A stretch of DNA of 64,000 nucleotides from Eledone cirrhosa (lineage: Eukaryota), in contig OZ024740.1 of the NCBI GenBank assembly GCA_964016885.1, positions 266,972,001-267,036,000 on the forward strand. Direction: 5' to 3'. Shown in pieces: positions 9,704-20,800 of this stretch. The notes under the pieces are model-generated. The model was given only the letters and a program-made list of their open reading frames with translations. It searched no databases and had not been told where the DNA came from. The number at the start of each line of letters is the position of its first letter. Position 1 is the stretch's first letter. Position numbers and translations under genes: made by a program.

Positions 9704-10975
9704 TAATTTCGCTGTATAATTTTTTTTTCCTCAGTTGTGTTTTATTCGTCAGCATCTCACAAATTTCCTCTATCTATCTCTTCCATTATTTCTATATCCA
9801 GTGTTGTTTACTTTTCCAATGGTGGAAAATGTTAGCACTTCTTCCTTTTTATCTAATAATTTAAAAACAAAAGGAAGCATCTTTAGATGTAAATGAAATA
9901 TTATTGATTTTTTAATCAAAATTTAATATTAAGTGTGATTATACCGAATATTGAACTCCCGACAATTTGACTAAATTTTCCAGTGAGTCTCAAACTCATG
10001 ACCTTCTGTGTGCTAAGCAGACGTGATAGCCACTACACTATGGGAGCAATTACGGTCAAGTTTATCGAATAATTTTCTTTTATAGATATCTTGTGATTTT
10101 GAAATTCTTATCTTGACTAATATTTATATGTATAGTCTAGACTTAGAAAAGCTAGTAACCAAAGGGTTGCATCCTAACAAATATTTTGTCGCGATATATC
10201 AACGACTATCTATACTTTAGCGAATTTCTTCAATTTTTTTTTAACGACAAAATATGATTTTCAAATTTGATTGTTATTTCTAGCAGTTAAAAAAACAGCG
10301 TAGAACCTCTTTGGCTGGCTAATCTTTTTTTATTTGGAAGAGGTTAAATACGGAAACTCTATAGATAATGAACACAACCACAAGTATAGGGTCCGAACGT
10401 GGAAGAGCTGAACTCTCACTGTCATCGCCTCCATCACTCTCCTCCTCCCCATCTTTCTGTATGTTGAACAAATGTGGTCCCACGTATTGGTCTCCCCACA
10501 GCCCCGGCGGACAGAATGGAGAAGGCCTTTTCCCGGAGGTTAGTAAGGAAGATGCACTGGTAGAGCCATTCTAACTCCGACGCCCAAACCTGCATCCAAC
10601 CAGCTCAGTGCCAATTGTGGTGCGTAGGGAAGTAGCACTAGGGCCAAGTACACCAGAAGTCTCTACTGCCGAGGGCACGACCGCAAACCTGTCGTAGAGG
10701 GATCGGTTCTTGCCCTGTCAAACACGTTTACGTTTCTCCCAATTTAGTGAAAGTTGTATAAATTTAGAAGCTGTTGATTAACAATGTAAATACAACGTTA
10801 TGAATGGTTACTAATATTTAGCATCTACGTCAAGTACTTTTGTCAAACCCAGGTCAGCACAATTCCAATATTGGTAAAATATTCAGTACTGGATATAGTA
10901 ATCGACGGGAAGTTAGTCAGAAGAAATATCTGAGATTCTATCAAACACAACACAATATGAAATAGAAGCATATAA

Positions 10976-11048
10976 AGATTCCAGCGAGTTTCGAACTCAC
11001 GACATTCTGCGTGTAAAGCAGATGTGATAACCATTGCACCATGGAACC
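10976..11048 (-). pseudogene. tRNA-Val(TAC), degenerate
   Basis: Substitutions in the D arm/A box, variable loop and acceptor stem. Confidence 0.6.
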
Positions 11049-11169
11049 AGATGATTGTTTCGATCAAATATTGTCTTATCAAACACATTTTCATTGGTTT
11101 TAATTTAGTGAAATTGAAACAAATATAAATGTGCTTGATGAGGCAATATTTAGTCGACAATAAACAAGC

Positions 11170-11242
11170 GGTTCCATGGTGTAGTGGTTATCACATCTGC
11201 TTCACACGCAGAAGGTCGTGAGTTCGAAACTCGCTGGAACCT
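11170..11242 (+). tRNA. tRNA-Val(CAC)
   Basis: Consensus body, loop TTCACAC, T5 terminator downstream. Confidence 0.8.
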
Positions 11243-11331
11243 TACTTACGCTCTTTATTTTTCTTTCTCAGTTGTATTTTATTTGTCAGCATCTCACATA
11301 TTTCCTTTATCTATCTCTTCCATTATTTCTA

Positions 11332-11435
11332 ATCCCACGAGGATGACTTTGCCTTTCAACCTTACCGGGTCGATAAAATAAAGTACAGGTAATGCACTGG
11401 GTAAAATTGTTTGCCTTGAGCGTAAAGTAGAAACA
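11332..11435 (+). mobile_element. 5'-truncated SINE fragment between 10-bp direct repeats ATTATTTCTA; present in a subset of units
   Basis: Consensus across copies ATCCCGCCGAGGTTGACTTTGCCTTTCATCCTTACCGGGTCGATAAAATAAAGTAC...GCACTGGG...GGCCTTG...AGTAGAAAC-ATTATT resembles an abundant octopus SINE (from memory). Other copies near 11916, 13578, 15777, 17959, 19621, 21820, 23995, 27177, 29378, 32467, 45388, 45972, 47634, 49833, 52008, 55190, 57391, 62024. Confidence 0.6.
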
Positions 11436-11557
11436 ATTATTTCTATATCCAGTGTTGTTTACTTTTCCAATGATGGAAAACTTTAGCTCTTCTTCCTTTT
11501 TTCAAATACTTTAAACACAACACAACATGAAATAGAAGGAAAAAAAGAAGCATATAA

Positions 11558-11630
11558 AATTTACAGCTAGTTTCGAACTCACGACCTTCTGCGTGTAAAG
11601 CAGATGTGATAACCACTACACCATGGAACC
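11558..11630 (-). pseudogene. tRNA-Val(TAC) pseudogene
   Basis: 3' acceptor strand degraded (TGTAAAT), T-stem mismatch. Confidence 0.7.
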
Positions 11631-11751
11631 AGATGATTGCTTCGATCAAATACTGTCATATCAAATACATTTACATTTGTTTTAATTTAGTGAAATTGAA
11701 ACAAATATAAATGTGCTTGATGAGGCAATATTTAGTCGACAATTAATGTAG

Positions 11752-11824
11752 GGTTCCATGGTGTAGTGGTTATCACATCTGCTTAACACGTAGAAGGTCG
11801 TGAGTTCGAAACTCGCTGGAACCT
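11752..11824 (+). tRNA. tRNA-Val(AAC)
   Basis: Intact, G30-U40 wobble; copies at 17795 and 45808. Confidence 0.7.
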
Positions 11825-13222
11825 TAGTTTCGCAGTATTATTTTTCTTTTCTGAGTTGTGTTTTATTTGTCAGCATCTCACATATTTCCTTTATCTATCT
11901 CTTCCATTAATTCTAATCCCGCCGAGGTTGACTTTGCCTTTCTTCCTTACCGGGTGGATAAAATAAAGTACAGGTAATGCACTGGGCAAAATTGCTGGCC
12001 TTGTTCCTAAAGTAGAAACAATTATTTCTATATCCAGTGTTGTTTACTTTTACAATGATGGAAAACTTTGGCCCTTCTTCCTTTTTTCAAATACTTTAAA
12101 AACAAAAGGAAGCATCTTTAGATGTAAATGAAATATTATTGTTTTTTTAATTAAAATATAATATTAAGTGTGATTATACCGAATATTGAACTCCCGACAA
12201 TTTGACTAAGGTTCCAGTGAGTCTCAAACTCATGACCTTCTGTGTGCTAAGCAGACGTGATAGCCACTACACTATGGGAGCAATTACGGTGCAGTTTATC
12301 GAATAATTTTCTTTTATAGATATCTTGTGAATTTTAATTCTTTTATCTTGACTAATATTTATATGTATAGTTTAGACTTAGAAAAGCTAGTAACCAAAGG
12401 GTTGCATCCTAACAAATATTGCCTCGCGATATATCAACGACTATCTATACGTTAGCGAATTTCTTCAACTTTTTTTTAACGACAAAGTATGATTTTTAAA
12501 TTTGATTGTTATTTCTAGCAGTTCCAAAAACAGCGTAGAACCTCTTTGGCTGGCTAATCTTTTTATATTTGGAAGTCTTTAAATACGGAAACTCTATAGA
12601 TAATGAACACAACCACAAGTACAGCGTCCGAACGTGGAAGAGCTGAACTCTCACTGTCATCGCCTCCATCACTCTCGCTTTACCCATCTTTCTCTATGGA
12701 GAACAAATGGGGTCCCACGTGTTGGTTTCCCCACAGCCCCGGCGGGCAGAATGGAGAAGGCGTTTTCCCGGAGGTTAGTAAGGAATATGCACTGGATGAG
12801 CCATTCTAACTCCGAGGCCCAAACCTGCGTCTAGCCAGCTCAGCGCCAATTGTGGTGCGTAGAGAAGTAGCCCTAGGGCCAAGTACACCAGAAGTCTTTA
12901 CTGCAGAGGGCACGACCGCAAACCTGTCGTAGAAGAATCGGTACTTGCCTTGTCAAACACGTTTACGTTTCTCCCAATTTAGTGAAAGTTGTACAAATTT
13001 AGAAGCTGTTGATTAACAATGTAAATACAACGTTATGAATAGTTACTAATATTTAGCATCTAGGTCAAGTACTTTTGTCAAACCCAGGTCAGCACAATTC
13101 CAACATTGGTAAAATATACAGTACTGGATATAGTAATAGACGGGAAGTTAGTCAGAAGAAATATTTGAGATTCTATCAAACACAACACAATATGAAATCG
13201 AAGGAAAAAACGAAGCATATAA

Positions 13223-13294
13223 AGGTTCCAGCGAGTTCGAACTCACGACCTTCTGCGTGTAAAGCAGATGTGATAACCACTACACCATGGAACC
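13223..13294 (-). pseudogene. tRNA-Val(TAC) with 1-nt T-loop deletion
   Basis: T loop is 6 nt; copies at 15422, 19266, 21465, 47279, 49478, 61669. Confidence 0.6.
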
Positions 13295-13415
13295 AGATAA
13301 TTGCTTCGATCAAATATTGTCTTATCAAACACATTTTCATAGGTTTTAATTTAGTGAAATTGAAACAAATATAAATGTGCTTGATGAGGCAATATTTGGT
13401 GAACAGTAAACGTAT

Positions 13416-13488
13416 GGTTCCATGGTGTAGTGGTTATCACATCCGCTTCACACGCGAAAGTTCGTGAGTTCGAAACTCGCTGGAACCT
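13416..13488 (+). tRNA. tRNA-Val(CAC) variant (possible pseudogene)
   Basis: TCCGC-TTCACAC-GCGAA, one stem mismatch; copies at 15615, 19459, 21658, 47472, 49671. Confidence 0.5.
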
Positions 13489-13871
13489 TACTTTCGCTCT
13501 ATTAGTTTTTTTATCAGTTGTGTTTTATTTGTCAGCATCTCACATATTTCCTTTATCTATCTCTTCCATTATTTCTAATCCCACGAGGATGACTTTGCAT
13601 TTCAACCTTACCGGGTCGATAAAATAAAGTACAGGTAATGCACTGGGTAAAATTGTTGGCCTTGAGCCTAAAGTAGAAACAATTATTTCTATATCCAGTG
13701 TTGTTTACTTTTCCAATGATGGAAAACTTTAGCCATTCTTCCTTTTCTCAAATACTTTAAAAACAAAAGGAAGCATCTTTAGATGTAAATGAAATATTTT
13801 TTTTATTTTTAAATTAACATTTAATATTAAGTGTGATTATACCGAATATTGAACTCCCGACAATTTGACTA

Positions 13872-13944
13872 AGGTTTCAGTGAGTCTCAAACTCACGACC
13901 ATCTGTGTGTAAAGCAGATGTGATAACCACTACACCATGGAACC
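13872..13944 (-). pseudogene. Chimeric tRNA-Val(TAC) pseudogene
   Basis: 5' half from the TAC gene, T arm (TTTGAGA) and 3' flank from the AGC pseudogene; copies at 16072, 19916, 22115, 27475, 47929, 50128, 55488, 62319. Confidence 0.7.
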
Positions 13945-14065
13945 AGATGATAGCTTCTATCAAATATTATATTATCAAACACACTTACATTTGTTTTAAT
14001 TTAGTGAAATTGAAACAAATATAAATGTTCTTGATGAGGAAATATTTGGTCGACAATTAATGTAC

Positions 14066-14138
14066 GGTTCCATGGTGTAGTGGTTATCACATCTGCTTAA
14101 CACATAGAAGGTCGTGAGTTCGAAACTCGCAGGAACCT
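14066..14138 (+). pseudogene. tRNA-Val(AAC) pseudogene
   Basis: Anticodon stem 3' strand ATAGA and acceptor mismatch; copies at 16265, 20109, 22308, 48122, 50321. Confidence 0.65.
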
Positions 14139-17100
14139 TAGTTTCGATCTATTATTTTTCTTTTCTCAGTTGTGTTTTATTTGTCAGCATCTCACATATT
14201 TCCACTATCTATCTCTTCCATTATTTCTATATCCAGTGTTGTTTACTTTTACAATGACGGAAAACTTTAGCCCTTCTTCCTTTTTTCAAATACATTAAAA
14301 ATAAAAGGAAGCATCTTTAGATGTAAATGAAATATTATTGTTTTTTTAATTAAAATTTAATATTAAGTGTGATTATACCGAATATTGAACTCCCGACAAT
14401 TTGACTAAGGTTCCAGTGAGTCTCAAACTCATGACCTTTTGTGTGCTAAGCAGACGTGATAGCCACTACACTATGGGAGCAATTACGGTCCAGTTTATCG
14501 AATAATTTTCTTTTATAGATATCTTGTGATTTTTAATTCTTTTATCTTGACTAATATTTATATGTATAGTTTAGACTTAGAAAAGCTAGTAACCAAAGGG
14601 TTGCATCCTAACAAATATTGCCTCGCGATATATCAACGACTATCTATACGTTAGCGAATTTCTTCAACTTTTTTTTAACGACAAAGTATGATTTTTAAAT
14701 TTGATTGTTATTTCTAGCAGTTCCAAAAACAGCGTAGAACCTCTTTGGCTGGCTAATCTTTTTATATTTGGAAGTCTTTAAATACGGAAACTCTATAGAT
14801 AATGAACACAACCACAAGTACAGCGTCCGAACGTGGAAGAGCTGAACTCTCACTGTCATCGCCTCCATCACTCTCGCTTTACCCATCTTTCTCTATGGAG
14901 AACAAATGGGGTCCCACGTGTTGGTTTCCCCACAGCCCCGGCGGGCAGAATGGAGAAGGCGTTTTCCCGGAGGTTAGTAAGGAATATGCACTGGATGAGC
15001 CATTCTAACTCCGAGGCCCAAACCTGCGTCTAGCCAGCTCAGCGCCAATTGTGGTGCGTAGAGAAGTAGCCCTAGGGCCAAGTACACCAGAAGTCTTTAC
15101 TGCAGAGGGCACGACCGCAAACCTGTCGTAGAAGAATCGGTACTTGCCTTGTCAAACACGTTTACGTTTCTCCCAATTTAGTGAAAGTTGTACAAATTTA
15201 GAAGCTGTTGATTAACAATGTAAATACAACGTTATGAATAGTTACTAATATTTAGCATCTAGGTCAAGTACTTTTGTCAAACCCAGGTCAGCACAATTCC
15301 AACATTGGTAAAATATACAGTACTGGATATAGTAATAGACGGGAAGTTAGTCAGAAGAAATATTTGAGATTCTATCAAACACAACACAATATGAAATCGA
15401 AGGAAAAAACGAAGCATATAAAGGTTCCAGCGAGTTCGAACTCACGACCTTCTGCGTGTAAAGCAGATGTGATAACCACTACACCATGGAACCAGATAAT
15501 TGCTTCGATCAAATATTGTCTTATCAAACACATTTTCATAGGTTTTAATTTAGTGAAATTGAAACAAATATAAATGTGCTTGATGAGGCAATATTTGGTG
15601 AACAGTAAACGTATGGTTCCATGGTGTAGTGGTTATCACATCCGCTTCACACGCGAAAGTTCGTGAGTTCGAAACTCGCTGGAACCTTACTTTCGCTCTA
15701 TTAGTTTTTTTATCAGTTGTGTTTTATTTGTCAGCATCTCACATATTTCCTTTATCTATCTCTTCCATTATTTCTAATCCCACGAGGATGACTTTGCATT
15801 TCAACCTTACCGGGTCGATAAAATAAAGTACAGGTAATGCACTGGGTAAAATTGTTGGCCTTGAGCCTAAAGTAGAAACAATTATTTCTATATCCAGTGT
15901 TGTTTACTTTTCCAATGATGGAAAACTTTAGCCATTCTTCCTTTTCTCAAATACTTTAAAAACAAAAGGAAGCATCTTTAGATGTAAATGAAATATTTTT
16001 TTTATTTTTAAATTAACATTTAATATTAAGTGTGATTATACCGAATATTGAACTCCCGACAATTTGACTAAGGTTTCAGTGAGTCTCAAACTCACGACCA
16101 TCTGTGTGTAAAGCAGATGTGATAACCACTACACCATGGAACCAGATGATAGCTTCTATCAAATATTATATTATCAAACACACTTACATTTGTTTTAATT
16201 TAGTGAAATTGAAACAAATATAAATGTTCTTGATGAGGAAATATTTGGTCGACAATTAATGTACGGTTCCATGGTGTAGTGGTTATCACATCTGCTTAAC
16301 ACATAGAAGGTCGTGAGTTCGAAACTCGCAGGAACCTTAGTTTCGATCTATTATTTTTCTTTTCTCAGTTGTGTTTTATTTGTCAGCATCTCACATATTT
16401 CCACTATCTATCTCTTCCATTATTTCTATATCCAGTGTTGTTTACTTTTACAATGACGGAAAACTTTAGCCCTTCTTCCTTTTTTCAAATACATTAAAAA
16501 TAAAAGGAAGCATCTTTAGATGTAAATGAAATATTATTGTTTTTTTAATTAAAATTTAATATTAAGTGTGATTATACCGAATATTGAACTCCCGACAATT
16601 TGACTAAGGTTCCAGTGAGTCTCAAACTCATGACCTTTTGTGTGCTAAGCAGACGTGATAGCCACTACACTATGGGAGCAATTACGGTCCAGTTTATCGA
16701 ATAATTTTCTTTTATAGATATCTTGTGATTTTGAAATTCTTATCTTGACTAATATTTATATGTATAGTCTAGACTTAGAAAAGCTAGTAACCAAAGGGTT
16801 GCATCCTAACAAATATTTTGTCGCGATATATCAACGACTATCTATACTTTAGCGAATTTCTTCAATTTTTTTTTAACGACAAAATATGATTTTCAAATTT
16901 GATTGTTATTTCTAGCAGTTCAAAAAACATCGTAGAACCTCTTTGGCTGGCTAATCTTTTTATATTTGGAAGAGTTTAAATACGGAAACTCTATAGATAA
17001 TGAACACAACCACAAGTATAGGGTCCGAATGTGGAAGAGCTTAACTCTCACTGTCATCGCCTCCATCACTCTCGCTTTTCCCATCTTTCTGTATGGTGAA

Positions 17101-17600
17101 AATTGGGGTCGCACGTGTTGGTCTCCCCACAGCCCCGGCGGACAGAATGGAGAAGGCGTTTTCCCGGAGGTTAGTAAGGAATATGCACTGGAAGAGCCAT
17201 TCTAACTCCGAGGCACAAACCTGCGTCTAGCCAAATCAGCGCCAATGGTGGTGCGTAGGGAAGTATCCCTAGGGCCAAGAACACCAGAAGTCTCTACTGC
17301 CGAGGGCACGACCGCAAACCTGTCGTAGAGCGATCGGTTCTTGGCCTGTCAAACACGTTTATGTTTCTCCCAATTTAGTGAAAGTTGTATAAATTTAGAA
17401 GCTGTTGATTAACAATGTAAATACAACGTTATGAATGGTTACTAATATTTAGCATCTACGTCAAGTACTTTTGTCAAACCCAGGTCAGCACAATTCCAAC
17501 ATTGGTAAAATATACAGTACTGGATATTGACGGGAAGTTAGTCAGAAGAAATATCTGAGATGCTATCAAACACAACACAATATGAATTAGAAGCAGATAA

Positions 17601-17673
17601 AGGTTTCAGCGAGTTTCGAACTCACGACCTTCTGCGTGTAAAGCAGATGTGATAACCACTACACCATGGAATC
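17601..17673 (-). pseudogene. tRNA-Val(TAC) with acceptor mismatches
   Basis: GATTCCA...TGAAACC; copies at 23644 and 51657. Confidence 0.6.
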
Positions 17674-17794
17674 AGATGCTTGCCCGGATCAAATATTGTA
17701 TTATCAAACACATTTTCATTGGTTTTAATTTAGTGAAATTGAAACAAATATAAATGTGGTTGATGAGGCAATATTTGGTCGACAATTAATGTAT

Positions 17795-17867
17795 GGTTCC
17801 ATGGTGTAGTGGTTATCACATCTGCTTAACACGTAGAAGGTCGTGAGTTCGAAACTCGCTGGAACCT
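17795..17867 (+). tRNA. tRNA-Val(AAC)
   Basis: Copy of 11752. Confidence 0.7.
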
Positions 17868-20800
17868 TAGTTTCGCAGTATTATTTTTCTTTTCTGAGTT
17901 GTGTTTTATTTGTCAGCATCTCACATATTTCCTTTATCTATCTCTTCCATTAATTCTAATCCCGCCGAGGTTGACTTTGCCTTTCTTCCTTACCGGGTGG
18001 ATAAAATAAAGTACAGGTAATGCACTGGGCAAAATTGCTGGCCTTGTTCCTAAAGTAGAAACAATTATTTCTATATCCAGTGTTGTTTACTTTTACAATG
18101 ATGGAAAACTTTGGCCCTTCTTCCTTTTTTCAAATACTTTAAAAACAAAAGGAAGCATCTTTAGATGTAAATGAAATATTATTGTTTTTTTAATTAAAAT
18201 ATAATATTAAGTGTGATTATACCGAATATTGAACTCCCGACAATTTGACTAAGGTTCCAGTGAGTCTCAAACTCATGACCTTCTGTGTGCTAAGCAGACG
18301 TGATAGCCACTACACTATGGGAGCAATTACGGTGCAGTTTATCGAATAATTTTCTTTTATAGATATCTTGTGAATTTTAATTCTTTTATCTTGACTAATA
18401 TTTATATGTATAGTTTAGACTTAGAAAAGCTAGTAACCAAAGGGTTGCATCCTAACAAATATTGCCTCGCGATATATCAACGACTATCTATACGTTAGCG
18501 AATTTCTTCAACTTTTTTTTAACGACAAAGTATGATTTTTAAATTTGATTGTTATTTCTAGCAGTTCCAAAAACAGCGTAGAACCTCTTTGGCTGGCTAA
18601 TCTTTTTATATTTGGAAGTCTTTAAATACGGAAACTCTATAGATAATGAACACAACCACAAGTACAGCGTCCGAACGTGGAAGAGCTGAACTCTCACTGT
18701 CATCGCCTCCATCACTCTCGCTTTACCCATCTTTCTCTATGGAGAACAAATGGGGTCCCACGTGTTGGTTTCCCCACAGCCCCGGCGGGCAGAATGGAGA
18801 AGGCGTTTTCCCGGAGGTTAGTAAGGAATATGCACTGGATGAGCCATTCTAACTCCGAGGCCCAAACCTGCGTCTAGCCAGCTCAGCGCCAATTGTGGTG
18901 CGTAGAGAAGTAGCCCTAGGGCCAAGTACACCAGAAGTCTTTACTGCAGAGGGCACGACCGCAAACCTGTCGTAGAAGAATCGGTACTTGCCTTGTCAAA
19001 CACGTTTACGTTTCTCCCAATTTAGTGAAAGTTGTACAAATTTAGAAGCTGTTGATTAACAATGTAAATACAACGTTATGAATAGTTACTAATATTTAGC
19101 ATCTAGGTCAAGTACTTTTGTCAAACCCAGGTCAGCACAATTCCAACATTGGTAAAATATACAGTACTGGATATAGTAATAGACGGGAAGTTAGTCAGAA
19201 GAAATATTTGAGATTCTATCAAACACAACACAATATGAAATCGAAGGAAAAAACGAAGCATATAAAGGTTCCAGCGAGTTCGAACTCACGACCTTCTGCG
19301 TGTAAAGCAGATGTGATAACCACTACACCATGGAACCAGATAATTGCTTCGATCAAATATTGTCTTATCAAACACATTTTCATAGGTTTTAATTTAGTGA
19401 AATTGAAACAAATATAAATGTGCTTGATGAGGCAATATTTGGTGAACAGTAAACGTATGGTTCCATGGTGTAGTGGTTATCACATCCGCTTCACACGCGA
19501 AAGTTCGTGAGTTCGAAACTCGCTGGAACCTTACTTTCGCTCTATTAGTTTTTTTATCAGTTGTGTTTTATTTGTCAGCATCTCACATATTTCCTTTATC
19601 TATCTCTTCCATTATTTCTAATCCCACGAGGATGACTTTGCATTTCAACCTTACCGGGTCGATAAAATAAAGTACAGGTAATGCACTGGGTAAAATTGTT
19701 GGCCTTGAGCCTAAAGTAGAAACAATTATTTCTATATCCAGTGTTGTTTACTTTTCCAATGATGGAAAACTTTAGCCATTCTTCCTTTTCTCAAATACTT
19801 TAAAAACAAAAGGAAGCATCTTTAGATGTAAATGAAATATTTTTTTTATTTTTAAATTAACATTTAATATTAAGTGTGATTATACCGAATATTGAACTCC
19901 CGACAATTTGACTAAGGTTTCAGTGAGTCTCAAACTCACGACCATCTGTGTGTAAAGCAGATGTGATAACCACTACACCATGGAACCAGATGATAGCTTC
20001 TATCAAATATTATATTATCAAACACACTTACATTTGTTTTAATTTAGTGAAATTGAAACAAATATAAATGTTCTTGATGAGGAAATATTTGGTCGACAAT
20101 TAATGTACGGTTCCATGGTGTAGTGGTTATCACATCTGCTTAACACATAGAAGGTCGTGAGTTCGAAACTCGCAGGAACCTTAGTTTCGATCTATTATTT
20201 TTCTTTTCTCAGTTGTGTTTTATTTGTCAGCATCTCACATATTTCCACTATCTATCTCTTCCATTATTTCTATATCCAGTGTTGTTTACTTTTACAATGA
20301 CGGAAAACTTTAGCCCTTCTTCCTTTTTTCAAATACATTAAAAATAAAAGGAAGCATCTTTAGATGTAAATGAAATATTATTGTTTTTTTAATTAAAATT
20401 TAATATTAAGTGTGATTATACCGAATATTGAACTCCCGACAATTTGACTAAGGTTCCAGTGAGTCTCAAACTCATGACCTTTTGTGTGCTAAGCAGACGT
20501 GATAGCCACTACACTATGGGAGCAATTACGGTCCAGTTTATCGAATAATTTTCTTTTATAGATATCTTGTGATTTTTAATTCTTTTATCTTGACTAATAT
20601 TTATATGTATAGTTTAGACTTAGAAAAGCTAGTAACCAAAGGGTTGCATCCTAACAAATATTGCCTCGCGATATATCAACGACTATCTATACGTTAGCGA
20701 ATTTCTTCAACTTTTTTTTAACGACAAAGTATGATTTTTAAATTTGATTGTTATTTCTAGCAGTTCCAAAAACAGCGTAGAACCTCTTTGGCTGGCTAAT

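Larger units (their letters stand above)
12332..16732. repeat. 2,199-bp tandem duplication of a five-tRNA unit
   Basis: Identical ORFs offset by 2,199 (12496/14695, 13075/15274); repeated at 18375-22775 and 46388-50788. Confidence 0.9.
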
